A stretch of DNA of 32,000 nt from Alkalilimnicola ehrlichii MLHE-1 (GCF_000014785.1 NC_008340.1:30001-62000), one strand, 5' to 3'; shown: positions 1 to 9,785, numbered from the stretch's first letter. A program made the numbers and translations. The notes: a model not told the origin generated them from the sequence alone.

Positions 1-165
1 GACCGCGAGAGCGCCATCGCGCGCATGCGCACGGCCCTGTCCGAGGTGGTGATCAGCGGCATCAAGACCAACATCCCCCTGCACCAGGACATCATGGATG
101 ACGCCGGCTTCCAGGCCGGGGGCATGAATATCCATTACCTGGAAAAGAAGCTGGGCCTGAGTTGA
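1..165 (+). CDS. accC: Biotin carboxylase (acetyl-CoA carboxylase subunit), C-terminal end; 5' part lies outside the window
   Basis: Frame 1 translates to [54 protein letters not shown], stop TGA at 163-165. This matches the conserved AccC C-terminus. Confidence 0.85.
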   Translation, partial: DRESAIARMRTALSEVVISGIKTNIPLHQDIMDDAGFQAGGMNIHYLEKKLGLS

Positions 166-212
166 CGCGAGGCTCAGGCCGGTCATCTGGGCCGTCATTG
201 AGAGGAGTAACC

Positions 213-788
213 ATGGTTCGTAAGCTTTTAGTCGCCTGTCTGGCCCTCACCGCCGCCAGCGGTGTCTCGGCCCGGGAGCTGGACATCGGCCTCAGTGATG
301 AGGTGGCGGAGATCAACTTCTCCATGCCGGCCGGTCAGCCCTTCCAGGCCAGCCAGGCCCGTTGGGGACTGGGCTTTCTGTACAACGACAACGATGACTA
401 CGTGGCCACCGGCTCGCTGTCGGTCCGCGGTCACGCCCGTGAGGGGTACCGCCCGGTGCAGCTGGGCGCCGGGGTCAAGGCCTACGGCGGCCGGCTGGAC
501 CGGCCCAGCAAATCCGTCGGCGCACTGGGTGTGGGCGCCTCGGCCCGGTTCGGTATCCCCACGGACATTCCCCTGGCGCTGATCCTCAGCGGCACGGTTG
601 CACCGAAGATCACCACCTTCGGCGACGCCGATCGGGTCACCGATCTCACCGGGCGGCTGGAGGCACAGATCACCGAGGCGGCCAGCCTGTATGCCGGCTA
701 TCGCTACCTGCGTTTCAACATGGAGCGCGGGTTGCGGGATGAGCGCGTGGCCGACGGCTTCCAGGTGGGGGTTAGCCTGCGCTTCTGA
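213..788 (+). CDS. YfaZ-family outer membrane beta-barrel protein (signal peptide, C-terminal Phe)
   Basis: ATG at 213 is preceded by GAGAGGAG. The N-terminus MVRKLLVACLALTAASGVSA is signal-peptide-like. The C-terminus AGYRYLRF...VADGFQVGVSLRF resembles E. coli YfaZ (AGYRYL...VADGPYVGVNASF). The ORF-track start at 162 is probably too far upstream. Confidence 0.7.
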   Translation: MVRKLLVACLALTAASGVSARELDIGLSDEVAEINFSMPAGQPFQASQARWGLGFLYNDNDDYVATGSLSVRGHAREGYRPVQLGAGVKAYGGRLDRPSKSVGALGVGASARFGIPTDIPLALILSGTVAPKITTFGDADRVTDLTGRLEAQITEAASLYAGYRYLRFNMERGLRDERVADGFQVGVSLRF

Positions 789-818
789 GCACGAGCGGCT
801 TTTCTGGCGGCGCCCGCC

Positions 819-1629
819 TCAGCCGCTGAGGAGCAGTGGACGCAGGAGGTTCAGGCCCAGCACGATCAGGAGCAGCGCGAAGGCGCGCTGCAGGATGTGT
901 TGGGGTAACCGGTGCGCGAGCCGGGCGCCGAGCGGTGCGGTGAACAGGCTCATAGCGATGATCCCCAGGAAGGCGGGCCAATAGACATAGCCGATGGCCC
1001 TCTGCGGCAGGTCGGGATGACCGAACCCGGTTGCCATGAAGGCCGCCGCCCCCACCAGCGCGATGGGCAGCCCACAGGCGGCCGAGGTGCCCACCGCCTG
1101 GCGCATGGGTATCCCCAGGCGGGCCAGCAGCGGCACGGTCATCGCCCCGCCGGCGATCCCCAGCAGCGACGAGACCGCACCGATGGCCGAGCCGGCAGGC
1201 GCCAGGATGAGGGCGCTGGGCGTGGCCGGGCGAGGGCCGGGGCGCGGCCCTCGCCCGAAGGCGAGCTGAAGACCGAGCGCCAGCAGGAAGACCCCGAACG
1301 CCGCCTTGAGCAGTGCCCCGCTCATCTGGCCGGCGATCAGCGCCCCCAGCACGGAACCCAGGCACATCCCCGCCGCCAGGCGGAGGAACACCGGCACGAG
1401 CACTCCGCCGCGCCGCCAGTGGGAGCGGACCGAACTGATGGCCGTGAAGACGATGGTGGCCAGGGAGGTGCCCACCGCCATGTGCATGATCACCGATGCC
1501 GGCACCTCGCGCAGGGCGAACAGGGCTAGCAGCACCGGGACGATAATGACCCCACCGCCGATGCCGAACAGCCCCGACAGCAGACCGGCGACGGCGCCCG
1601 CGGCCAGGTAGACCAGGATATCAAGCAAC
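819..1629 (-). CDS. TauE/SafE (DUF81) family sulfite/anion exporter membrane protein
   Basis: Polytopic hydrophobic protein with the family motif LSGLFGIGGGVIIVPVLL. The open frame extends to 1697, but the conserved protein begins near LLDILVYLAAG (TTG at 1629), so the start is uncertain. Confidence 0.8.
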
Positions 1630-1747
1630 GTGTCTCTCCCGTTGGGGCGGTGCTTTTTCCCCCAGTCGCGGTGGCTTACAATGCCTGGATAAGCCACACC
1701 GTCTGCGAAAGCGTTTAACGATAACAGAAAGAGGCAGGGACCGACTC

Positions 1748-2710
1748 ATGGCCAAGCACACCATCTGTATCCTCGGCGGCTCCGGGTTCATCGGCACCAC
1801 CATCGCCGGGCGGCTCGGCCGCGACGGTCACCGGGTGATCGTGCCCACCCGCCACCGCGAGCGCAGCCGCCACTTGCTGCCGGTGCCCAATGTCGAGGTG
1901 GTGGAGCTGAACGTCAACGACGAGGACGCGCTGGTCGAGGCCTTCCAGGACTGCACCGCGGTCATCAACCTGGTGGGTATCCTCAACGAGCTCTCCGGTC
2001 CCAAGGGTGAGGGCTTCCGCCGCGCCCACGTGGAGCTGCCGCGCCGGGTCATCTCCGCCTGTCAGCGGGCCGGCGTCGGCCGTTACCTGCACATGAGCGC
2101 ACTGGGGGCCGACCCCGAGGGTCCGAGCCTCTACCAGCAGACCAAGGGCGAGGGGGAGCGGCTGGCCATAGCGGCCCACGGCGACGGGTTGTCTGTGACT
2201 GCCTTCCGGCCCTCGGTGGTGTTCGGCAGCGGAGACAGCTTCTTCAACCGCTTCGCCGGCCTGCTCCGGCTCTCCCCCGGGTTCATGTTCCTGCCCACCC
2301 CGCATGCGGAGTTTCAGCCGGTGTGGGTCAACGACGTGGCCAGCGCCTTCATCCGTTGCCTGGAGGATCAGGCCACCGGCGGCCAGGTCTACGACTTGGT
2401 GGGCCCGAAGCGCTACACCCTGGAGGCGTTGGTGCGATACACCGCGCGCATCGCCGGCATCCGGCGCCACATCGTGCCGCTGTCCGACGGCATGTCGCGG
2501 CTGAACGCCCGCCTGCTCGGCCTGGTCCCGGGCAAGCCCTACAGCCTGGACAACTACCTCTCGGCCACCGTGCCCAATGTCTCCGACGACAACGGCCTGC
2601 CCAAGCTGGGCATCCACCCCACGGCGGTGGAGGCGGTGGTCCCGACCTTTCTTGGCCCGCACGAGAAAAACAACCGCTACCAGTCCCTGCGCCGCGAGGC
2701 CCGTCGCTGA
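1748..2710 (+). CDS. NAD(P)H-binding SDR, complex I NDUFA9-subunit-like family protein
   Basis: N-terminal Rossmann motif ILGGSGFIGTTIAGRL. Length 320 aa with high GC3 codon usage. Confidence 0.8.
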   Translation: MAKHTICILGGSGFIGTTIAGRLGRDGHRVIVPTRHRERSRHLLPVPNVEVVELNVNDEDALVEAFQDCTAVINLVGILNELSGPKGEGFRRAHVELPRRVISACQRAGVGRYLHMSALGADPEGPSLYQQTKGEGERLAIAAHGDGLSVTAFRPSVVFGSGDSFFNRFAGLLRLSPGFMFLPTPHAEFQPVWVNDVASAFIRCLEDQATGGQVYDLVGPKRYTLEALVRYTARIAGIRRHIVPLSDGMSRLNARLLGLVPGKPYSLDNYLSATVPNVSDDNGLPKLGIHPTAVEAVVPTFLGPHEKNNRYQSLRREARR

Positions 2711-2713
2711 CCC

Positions 2714-3955
2714 GTGAAGGTCTACCTGGTCGGTGGCGCCGTGCGGGACCAACTCCTGGGCCGTGAGGTCCGGGAGCGCGACTGGGTGGTGGTGGGCGCC
2801 CGGCCTGAGGACCTGAAACAGCGCGGCTACCGCCCGGTGGGTCAGGACTTCCCCGTCTTTCTCCACCCCGAGACCCACGAGGAGTACGCCCTGGCGCGCA
2901 CCGAGCGCAAGACCGGGCGTGGCTACCACGGCTTCGCGTTCCACGCCAGCCCGGAGGTGACCCTGGAGCAGGACCTGGCCCGGCGGGACCTGACCATCAA
3001 CGCCATGGCCCGTGCCGACGACGGCACCCTGATCGATCCCTACGATGGTCGCCGCGACCTGGAGCAGCGCCTGCTGCGCCACGTCTCCCCGGCCTTCGCC
3101 GAGGACCCGGTGCGGATCCTCAGGCTGGCCCGCTTCGCCGCCCGCTTCCAGCCGCTGGGTTTTCGCGTCGCCCCCGAGACGCTGGCGCTCTGTCGCAAGA
3201 TGGTTGCCGATGGCGAGGTGGATGCCCTGGTCCCCGAGCGGGTCTGGCAGGAACTCTCCCGCGCCCTGCTCGAGGACACACCGGTCCCGTTCTTCCGGGT
3301 GCTGCGCGAATGCGGTGCGCTGGCCCGGGTGCTGCCGGAACTCGACCGGCTGTTCGGGATCCCCGAGCCGGAGGCCTACCACCCGGAGGGGGATACCGGC
3401 GAGCACACCCTGTTGGCGCTGGCGCAGTCGGCCCGCCTGGGCGGTGACCTGCCGGTGCGCTGGGCGGTGTTGCTGCACGATTTGGGCAAGGCGACCACGC
3501 CCTCGCAGGTCTGGCCCCGCCATCCGGCCCACGAACACCGCGGCGTGCCCCTGGTGGAGGCGCTTTGCGAGCGCCTGCGTGCCCCCCGCGAGTGCCGCGA
3601 CCTGGCCCGCCTGGTCTGCCGGTATCACCTGCAGGCCCACCGGGCCTTCGAGCTGCGCGCCAGCACCCTGCTGAAGTTGCTCGAAGGGCTCGATCTGTTC
3701 CGCCGGCAGGCCCGCCTGGAGCCCTTCCTACTCGCCTGTGAGGCCGATGCCCGCGGCCGACTGGGGTTGGAGGATCAGCCCTATCCCCAGGCCAGGTTTC
3801 TGCGCGAGGCTTACCGGGTCGCCGCGGCGGTCACCGCCCGGCCCTTCGTCCAGGCCGGGTTCAAGGGCCGCCAGATTGCCGAGGCGGTGACCCGGGAGCG
3901 GATCCGGGCGCTGGCGGCGCTGCAGCGTGACTACCCGCGCCCGGAGGCGCACTGA
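2714..3955 (+). CDS. cca: Multifunctional CCA-adding tRNA nucleotidyltransferase with HD domain
   Basis: GTG start. [17 protein letters not shown]...RDLTINAMA is the nucleotidyltransferase head. LLHDLGK is the HD-domain signature. Confidence 0.9.
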   Translation: MKVYLVGGAVRDQLLGREVRERDWVVVGARPEDLKQRGYRPVGQDFPVFLHPETHEEYALARTERKTGRGYHGFAFHASPEVTLEQDLARRDLTINAMARADDGTLIDPYDGRRDLEQRLLRHVSPAFAEDPVRILRLARFAARFQPLGFRVAPETLALCRKMVADGEVDALVPERVWQELSRALLEDTPVPFFRVLRECGALARVLPELDRLFGIPEPEAYHPEGDTGEHTLLALAQSARLGGDLPVRWAVLLHDLGKATTPSQVWPRHPAHEHRGVPLVEALCERLRAPRECRDLARLVCRYHLQAHRAFELRASTLLKLLEGLDLFRRQARLEPFLLACEADARGRLGLEDQPYPQARFLREAYRVAAAVTARPFVQAGFKGRQIAEAVTRERIRALAALQRDYPRPEAH

Positions 3956-3967
3956 GCCCCGCGGGCG

Positions 3968-5407
3968 CTACGCCCGCTCCCGCCCCAGGCCGGTGATGGT
4001 TGCCATCGCAGCCCCGGCGACCATCCATGCCGGGGAGCCCGTCTCCCTCGCCCCGTGATTGGCGCACAGGCGAGCCAACCATAGCGCCAGGGTGGCCCAG
4101 CCGCTGTCGATCACTTGCCGGCCCAGGGCCCGCTCCGCGGTGCTGTCACCCAGCAGGCCGCGATTGGCGCAGGCGTTGGTCAGTGCCATTCCGGCCATCA
4201 GCAAAGGCGGGGCCTCCGCACCCTCCTCCAGCCAGTGGCGTAAGGCCGGGTGGGTGGGCTTATCGGCGCCAATGGATGCGGCCACGGCACTGCCCTCGGT
4301 TCTGTCCAGGACTGCCAGCAGGGCCCGCGCCCGGGCCCCGGGGTCGCGCGACAGTGCGCCGGGTCGTACCACCGTGAACCGTTGGGGGGCGGCCAGCAGC
4401 AGGCGGCGAAGGTTTTTCCGGTAGAGGGTCAGCAGCGCCCGCGAGCGGCTGTGCTCCCGGGCCTGCCAGGGGGCGTCCCGCACGGGCGCACAGCCCTGGA
4501 GGCATTGCGCACGGCTTTGGACAGCGCCCTGGAGCAAGAAAGGGTGGCGTCGCCAGGCCCGGTGGCACTGCACATGGTGATCGTCGCGCTGGAGCTCGAG
4601 CGCCGTCCCGATCGTGCGGGAGCCCTGGGTCAGGAGGACCAGTAAGGAGAAGGCGAGGCTGTGCCGCCCGTCCGCCTCCCGGCAGAGCGCCGGCAGCAGA
4701 TAGCCGGCCAGGGCCTCCCAGCTGGTCGGCTCCGGTCCACCTGCCACCCGGCGCAGGGCGCGGATGGCGGCCCGGGTTCTCTCGGGCAGGGCCCGGTAGA
4801 GGGGATGGGCCTGCAACGCCTTCAGGTCCAGCACGGTCTGGGGAGCGGGCCGGTCCCCACCGGGGTGGGCGGATGGGAGGCCGCTGCCTCCGCCGCCAGC
4901 GGGCCGCTGGAGGCGCCCGGCCAGTGCGTCCAGCAGCCGTGCCAGCGCCGGCTGGAAGTTAAAGGGGGCCAGGCCCAGCAGGCCGCTGCGATCCCGCAGC
5001 CGGCGATAGAGCCAGCGGCGGCCCATCGGGTCGCGGGCCAGGGTGGCCGCAATCAGCGCGCAGTAGTCGAGCAGCGCCCGGCACTGGCGCACATCGGTGA
5101 CATCCAGCCCCAGCAGACCCGGCTCGGCGGGCAGACCGTCCAGGGCCTTTATCAGTGCCGCAACGCTGCTCTCCCCCGCGCCGTCGGGCCGCGTCCGGGC
5201 CTGCCCGCCGGTGGTGCTCCAGCGGGCAGGCGCCCCGCCGCCCGGCGGTGGGGGGTGAAGCCGGTGCAGGTGCTCGTTGACGGCGGCCAGCGGTCCGGTC
5301 GTGGCATCGTGCAAGGGCTCAGAGAGAAGCGAGGGTGCGGGGGTGCCCCGCGGCGCGGCCGCAGCGGCCGGGCGGACCGGGGAGGGGTTGAGCGTCGGAT
5401 CATCCAT
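3968..5407 (-). CDS. Hypothetical protein, Pro/Ala-rich N-terminus, no recognisable domain
   Basis: The long minus-strand ORF has strong GC3 bias typical of real genes here. ATG at 5407 (MDDPTLNPSP...) is preceded by GGAGG. The open frame extends to 5467. I recognised no family motif. Confidence 0.6.
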   Translation of the reverse strand: MDDPTLNPSPVRPAAAAAPRGTPAPSLLSEPLHDATTGPLAAVNEHLHRLHPPPPGGGAPARWSTTGGQARTRPDGAGESSVAALIKALDGLPAEPGLLGLDVTDVRQCRALLDYCALIAATLARDPMGRRWLYRRLRDRSGLLGLAPFNFQPALARLLDALAGRLQRPAGGGGSGLPSAHPGGDRPAPQTVLDLKALQAHPLYRALPERTRAAIRALRRVAGGPEPTSWEALAGYLLPALCREADGRHSLAFSLLVLLTQGSRTIGTALELQRDDHHVQCHRAWRRHPFLLQGAVQSRAQCLQGCAPVRDAPWQAREHSRSRALLTLYRKNLRRLLLAAPQRFTVVRPGALSRDPGARARALLAVLDRTEGSAVAASIGADKPTHPALRHWLEEGAEAPPLLMAGMALTNACANRGLLGDSTAERALGRQVIDSGWATLALWLARLCANHGARETGSPAWMVAGAAMATITGLGRERA

Positions 5408-5511
5408 GATCACGCCTCCGGGTGGATGCTGGGTAGGGTTAGCACGTCGCGTCGTCCTTGACAGCACTAATCCTAGGGTGTGCCCCGGACGCGGTCAACC
5501 GCGCTGCCCTA

Positions 5512-6552
5512 TCAGGGGCAGGGGTTGGGGTTGCCGGCGTGGACGGCGTCGATGGCCTCCAGCAGCTCATCGTCCAGGGTCAGGTCCATGCTGTCGATGT
5601 TGGTCTCCAGCTGGTTCAGATCGGTGGCACCGATGACGGTGCTGGTCACGAAGGGGCGTGAGGTGGCCCAGGCCAGGGCCATCTGTGCCGGATCCAGGCC
5701 AAAGCGGTGGGCCAGGGCCACATAATCGGCGGTCGCCTGCACCCCGCGCTGCCCGGTGTAGCGCTGGAACTGTTCGAACAGCGACAGACGGGCCCCCTCG
5801 GGCCAGCGGCCGTCCAGGTACTTGCCGCTGAGCACCCCGAAGGCCAGTGGCGAGTACGCCATCAGCCCCACACCCTCGCGGTGGGAGACCTCGGCGAGAC
5901 CCACCTCGTAGCTGCGGTTGAGCAGGTTGTAGGGGTTCTGGACACTGACCACGCGCGGCAGATCCTGCTGCTCGGCCAACCACAGGCAGCGCATCACCCC
6001 CCAGGCGGTCTCGTTGGACAGCCCGATGTGGCGGATCTTGCCCGCCTCCACCAGGTCATAAAGCGCCTCCAGGGTGGCGCGAAGCTGCGGGATGGGGTCC
6101 GGCTCCCGCGGATCGGGCTGGTAGCCCAGCTTGCCGAAATAGTTGGTCTTCCGCTCCGGCCAGTGCAGTTGGTAGAGGTCGATATAGTCGGTCTGCAACC
6201 GTTGCAGGGAGCCCTCCACCGCCTCCACCAGGTGGGCGTGGGTGTAGCGGGTCCTCCCCTCACGTACCGTCTCCAGGCCCGGCCCCGCGATCTTGGTGGC
6301 CAGCACCACGTCCTCGCGGCGCCGGCGCCGCTTCAGCCAGCTGCCGATATAGCGCTCGGTGCGGCCGCCGGTCTCGCTTTTGGCCGGCACCGGGTACATC
6401 TCGGCGGTGTCGATGAAGTTGATCCCCCGGGCGAGGGCCTGGTCCAGTTGCTCATGGGCCTCGGCCTCGGTGTTCTGCTCGCCGAAGGTCATGGTGCCCA
6501 GGCAGAGGGCGCTGACCTCGATATCGGTATGACCCAGTTTGCGGTACTCCAT
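5512..6552 (-). CDS. tas: NADP(H)-dependent aldo-keto reductase, Tas-like
   Basis: MEYRKLGHTDIEVSALCLGTMTFGEQNTEAEAHEQLDQALARGINFIDTAEMYPVP closely parallels the E. coli Tas N-terminus. Length 346 aa. Confidence 0.85.
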   Translation of the reverse strand: MEYRKLGHTDIEVSALCLGTMTFGEQNTEAEAHEQLDQALARGINFIDTAEMYPVPAKSETGGRTERYIGSWLKRRRRREDVVLATKIAGPGLETVREGRTRYTHAHLVEAVEGSLQRLQTDYIDLYQLHWPERKTNYFGKLGYQPDPREPDPIPQLRATLEALYDLVEAGKIRHIGLSNETAWGVMRCLWLAEQQDLPRVVSVQNPYNLLNRSYEVGLAEVSHREGVGLMAYSPLAFGVLSGKYLDGRWPEGARLSLFEQFQRYTGQRGVQATADYVALAHRFGLDPAQMALAWATSRPFVTSTVIGATDLNQLETNIDSMDLTLDDELLEAIDAVHAGNPNPCP

Positions 6553-6585
6553 GAGCCCCCCTTGTTCCTCGGGCGCGATGTGGTG

Positions 6586-7299
6586 TCAGCCTGGATGCTC
6601 GCGCTTGCGATAGTAAAGGTCGAACACCTGGTGGCCTTTGCGCAAGCCCCGCCGCTCGAACTTGGTCTCGGGACGCTCACCCCGCGGGCTGAACTGGCGC
6701 GGGCCGCAGGTGTTCTCCAGGTCCGGCTCCGCCTCCAGCACATCCAGCATGTGCTCGGCATAGTCCGCCCAGTCGGTGGCCAGGTGCAGAAAACCGCCGG
6801 GTGCGAGCTTGGCCGCCACCGCCCGCACCCACTGTGGCTGAACCAGCCGGCGTTTGTGGTGGCGCTTCTTCGGCCAGGGGTCAGGAAAGAAGAGCTGCAC
6901 GCCGTGCAGGCTCCCGTCCGGGATATGGTGCGCCAGCACCTCGGCGGCATCGGCCATCATTACCCGTACGTTGCCCAAGTGGCGCTTTTCCACCTCCATC
7001 AGCAGGTGACCGACGCCGGGCCGGTGCACCTCAATACCCAGGTAATCCCGCTCCGGGTGGGTGGCCGCCTGCTCGGCCAGCGACTCGCCGTTGCCGAAGC
7101 CGATCTCGAGGATCCTCGGCGCCCGCCGGCCGAAGGCGCGATCCAAATCCAGCGGCTGGCCGGCAGGCGGCCGTTCCAGCCCGAACGCCGGCCAGAGCAG
7201 CTCCAGTGCCCGTTGTTGCCCGGCGGTCAGCCGCCCCTCCCGGCGCACGAAGCTGCGGATCGGGCGCTTGCCGGTGGCAGCGTCTGCGCGGCGCTCCAT
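6586..7299 (-). CDS. trmB: tRNA (guanine46-N7)-methyltransferase
   Basis: Motifs LEIGFGNGE and FFPDPWPKKRHHKRRL. ATG at 7299 lies 1 nt downstream of the thiG stop (7301-7303). The ORF-track start at 7341 would overlap thiG by 41 nt. Confidence 0.9.
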   Translation of the reverse strand: MERRADAATGKRPIRSFVRREGRLTAGQQRALELLWPAFGLERPPAGQPLDLDRAFGRRAPRILEIGFGNGESLAEQAATHPERDYLGIEVHRPGVGHLLMEVEKRHLGNVRVMMADAAEVLAHHIPDGSLHGVQLFFPDPWPKKRHHKRRLVQPQWVRAVAAKLAPGGFLHLATDWADYAEHMLDVLEAEPDLENTCGPRQFSPRGERPETKFERRGLRKGHQVFDLYYRKREHPG

Positions 7300-7300
7300 G

Positions 7301-8089
7301 TCAGAAAAAGGTGCCTTCCAGCGGACTGGAGGCACTGGCAAACCGCTTGCGCGGGATGCGCCCGGCCAGGTAGGCCTCGCGCCCTGCCTCGACCGCCTTG
7401 CGCATGGCGCTGGCCATCAGCACCGGTCTTTGGGCCCCGGCGATGGCGGTGTTCATCAGCACCCCGTCACAGCCCAGCTCCATGGCCTCGGAGGCATCGG
7501 AGGCGGTCCCCACGCCGGCATCCACCAACACCGGCACCGAGGCATTCTCGACGATGGTCAGGATGTTCCAGTGGTTCTGGATACCCAGCCCGGAGCCGAT
7601 GGGCGCCCCCAGGGGCATCACCGCGACACAACCGACCTCCTCCAGGCGCTTGGCGGTGATCGGGTCGTCGCTGGTGTAGACCATCACGTCAAAACCGTCC
7701 GCCACCAGCTGCTCCGCCGCCTCCAGGGTGGCGGGGATGTCCGGGTAGAGGGTCTTCTCGTCGCCGAGCACCTCCAGTTTGACCAGGTTGTGCCCGTCCA
7801 ACAGCTCCCGCGCCAAGCGGCAGGTGCGCACCGCGTCTTTGGCGGTGTAGCAACCGGCGGTGTTGGGCAGGAGGGTGTAGCGCTCGGGGGAGATGACGTC
7901 GAGCAGGTTGGGCTCGTCCGGGTTCTGGCCGATATTGGTGCGGCGGATGGCGACGGTGACGATCTCCGCACCGCTGACCTCGATGGCCTCGCGGGTCTCG
8001 TCCAGATCGCGATACTTGCCGGTACCCACCAGCAGACGGGACTGAAAGGTTCGGCCGGCAACGGTGAAGGTGTCCTGCGAGGCTTCCAT
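7301..8089 (-). CDS. thiG: Thiazole synthase
   Basis: [19 protein letters not shown]...[14 protein letters not shown] is typical ThiG. ATG at 8089 is preceded by AGGAG. The ORF-track start at 8125 is a TTG and less likely. Confidence 0.9.
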   Translation of the reverse strand: MEASQDTFTVAGRTFQSRLLVGTGKYRDLDETREAIEVSGAEIVTVAIRRTNIGQNPDEPNLLDVISPERYTLLPNTAGCYTAKDAVRTCRLARELLDGHNLVKLEVLGDEKTLYPDIPATLEAAEQLVADGFDVMVYTSDDPITAKRLEEVGCVAVMPLGAPIGSGLGIQNHWNILTIVENASVPVLVDAGVGTASDASEAMELGCDGVLMNTAIAGAQRPVLMASAMRKAVEAGREAYLAGRIPRKRFASASSPLEGTFF

Positions 8090-8146
8090 GGGCCAATCTG
8101 CTCCTGAATAGAGGGGCTGGAACAAGGGGTGCGATAACGCTGCGGG

Positions 8147-8368
8147 TCAGCCGCCGCCGATGGCCTGGACCACCTCGACGCGGTCGCCGGGTTGCAGGCG
8201 GTGCTGCTCAAAGCGGCTGCGCGGGACGATGTCCTCGTTGACCTCCAGGGCCAGTCGCCGGCCGCCCAACTGCATCTCCTCCAGCAACTCGGCGGCGGTG
8301 ATGCCGGTGCGGACCTCGCGGTCCTCTCCATTGACCCGGATGTGCATGGTATCGCTGTGCTCAGTCAT
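8147..8368 (-). CDS. thiS: Sulfur-carrier protein ThiS
   Basis: Small ubiquitin-like protein ending in GG (VVQAIGGG), directly upstream of thiG. The real start may be the internal MHIRVNGE (ATG at 8347). Confidence 0.85.
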   Translation of the reverse strand: MTEHSDTMHIRVNGEDREVRTGITAAELLEEMQLGGRRLALEVNEDIVPRSRFEQHRLQPGDRVEVVQAIGGG

Positions 8369-8589
8369 GGGCCCGATTGTACAACAGGTTTTTTGTTGGT
8401 TTCCGCGTGAAGGCTTTCGGCTTGCCCGAGGGGGTAGGCGATCAACCTGCGACGGCGGTAGCCGGAAGGAGGGAGGTGTCCATGATGGGGGAGTGCAACG
8501 AGGAACCCGACCAAACCAACCGGTTGGCGGGTAGCCGGGTTTCGACTACCTTCATTGAAACCCGCCCCGTAGGAGTGATGCCCACTTAG

Positions 8590-8739
8590 ATCGGGACGAC
8601 TGCCCTGCGACGTCCTGGATTGAGCCTGTGCCGGCTACGGCATCTACTGGCCGGAATTCGACGAAGACCTCAGTACGGAAGGTATGTTTCGGGGGCGCCA
8701 GCGCCTAGCAAGTCGTATATGGACTCCTCCCGCAAGTAG
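8590..8739 (+). pseudogene. Remnant of a DUF2442-family gene (C-terminal part only; in-frame stop and frameshift)
   Basis: The translation GYGIYWPEFDEDLSTEGMF matches the conserved DUF2442 C-terminal motif (G.GIHWP.LDEDLS.EGLL). A TGA at 8621-8623 lies just upstream. The expected tail (GAPAPSKS...) is reached only after a frameshift at the G5 run 8691-8695. No N-terminal half is present. Confidence 0.4.
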
Positions 8740-8794
8740 CAACGGCGGATGCACGGGCGACTTTGCTTAAGCGGATCTAAACGGGGAGAGAATA

Positions 8795-9163
8795 GTGATT
8801 GAAGGTATCGTTGCGATACTTGCGGGGTTGCTGCTGATTACACCCATCATTGGTAGGGGGTCGGCTGGGGCCAAGGTCGTTGGCAAGCTTACCCCTTTCG
8901 AGGCCGTGATCGGTGTTGTCGCTCTGATAGTCGGTGTGCTTAACGTTATGAGTGTCACGGGGCTGGTGCTAATTGTGGCTGGCCTCCTATTAGCGGCCAG
9001 CGCGCTTGCGAAGATCCCCGCCATTGGTAGTCACCTCGCGCGTGCAGGCAAGGCTCTCAAACCGTTCCGGGTCGTAATTGGTGTGGTTGTGTTGGTGATC
9101 GGCGTGTTGGTTTTGCTTGGGATCGTCGGCGGGGGCCCGCCGCCGGGTCTCCGCACCGGCTGA
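8795..9163 (+). CDS. Small hydrophobic membrane protein with an internal duplication
   Basis: GTG start preceded by GGGGAGAG. 122 aa, about 4 predicted TM helices. The segments KLTPFEAVIGVVALIVGVLNV and ALKPFRVVIGVVVLVIGVLVL are repeated. Local GC is lower than in the flanks. Confidence 0.5.
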   Translation: MIEGIVAILAGLLLITPIIGRGSAGAKVVGKLTPFEAVIGVVALIVGVLNVMSVTGLVLIVAGLLLAASALAKIPAIGSHLARAGKALKPFRVVIGVVVLVIGVLVLLGIVGGGPPPGLRTG

Positions 9164-9195
9164 TGCTGTCCGTGCGCCAACCCTCCCTGGTGTTC

Positions 9196-9785
9196 CGCTC
9201 CAATGCCTTGGAACATCTCGTGCAGGTCGACGGTGGAACGCTCGCCGATGCCAGCGAAGTTCTCGTCCAGCCAGCGTGTCGCGGTGTCGCGGCCCATGTC
9301 ACGCAGCTTGGTGAGAAACGCCCATTCGACGTTCATACACGACGAGGCGCTCAGCGGCTTCAGCTCCCGCCTGGTTTTCGATGATATGCACGCGCACCTA
9401 AGGGTGGTCGTCTGTCGAAAGCTTGCCCTGGCGGATCAAGCGATCGACGAAGTCTATCGAGCCAAGTTCCCTTAGCAGGCTGCCGTTGAAGCTGATCTCG
9501 TTCATCCGGTGCTCAATCTCCTGCGGCGTCCTTGGTGTGCCCTTGCGCTTGATTGGATTGATCTGGATCACCACGACATCGTCGGTGTCGGTCGCGCCAT
9601 GAAAGGGGAACAGAGACGGATTGCCCATGTAGCCACCATCCCAGTACGGCACACCATCGATCTCAATGGCCTGATATGGACAGCCGGCCGTCCTCGAGAA
9701 TGCGGTCCAGCACCGCCCAGGTGAACGCACCATGCGCGCCACCGCCCTGCAGGGCAAGATTCACGGCTTTCAGATTGGTTGTCAT
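9196..9785 (-). pseudogene. Patatin-like phospholipase pseudogene (internal deletion of the GxSxG region plus a frameshift)
   Basis: ATG at 9785 is preceded by AGGAG and gives MTTNLKAVNLALQGGGAHGAFTWAVLDRILEDGRLSI (oxyanion-hole GGG motif), then a stop. A different frame continues with YQAIEIDGVPYWDGGYMGNPSLFP (catalytic DGG motif) ...INPIKR...NEISFN. A third frame carries the DUF3734-like tail NVEWAFLTKLRDMGRDTATRWLDENFAGIGERSTVDL. The lower boundary is approximate. Confidence 0.65.

Noticed and set aside
1715-3640. 641-aa minus-strand ORF antisense to the NDUFA9-like gene and cca
   Set aside because: Shadow ORF typical of high-GC DNA. The product is Gly/Arg/Ala/Pro-rich with no motif, whereas the plus-strand genes have clear family signatures.
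5707-7659. 650-aa plus-strand ORF antisense to tas, trmB and thiG
   Set aside because: Same reasoning. It spans three well-supported minus-strand genes and has low-complexity composition.
8369-8794. Possible TPP riboswitch upstream of thiS, or a tRNA/tmRNA/RNase P-like RNA gene in the ORF-free stretch
   Set aside because: I read both strands for the TPP core (CUGAGA ... ACCUGAUC...GGGA), T-loop/acceptor features, the tmRNA tag region and the RNase P GGAAAGUCCGGGC box. None is present. The hairpin GGGTTTC-N13-GAAACCC (8536-8562) is real but not diagnostic. A covariance-model scan (Rfam) would settle this.
9031-9336. 101-aa minus-strand ORF as an independent gene
   Set aside because: Its first ~45 residues are the DUF3734-like tail of the patatin-like pseudogene. 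The rest runs antisense through the 8795-9163 membrane-protein gene.
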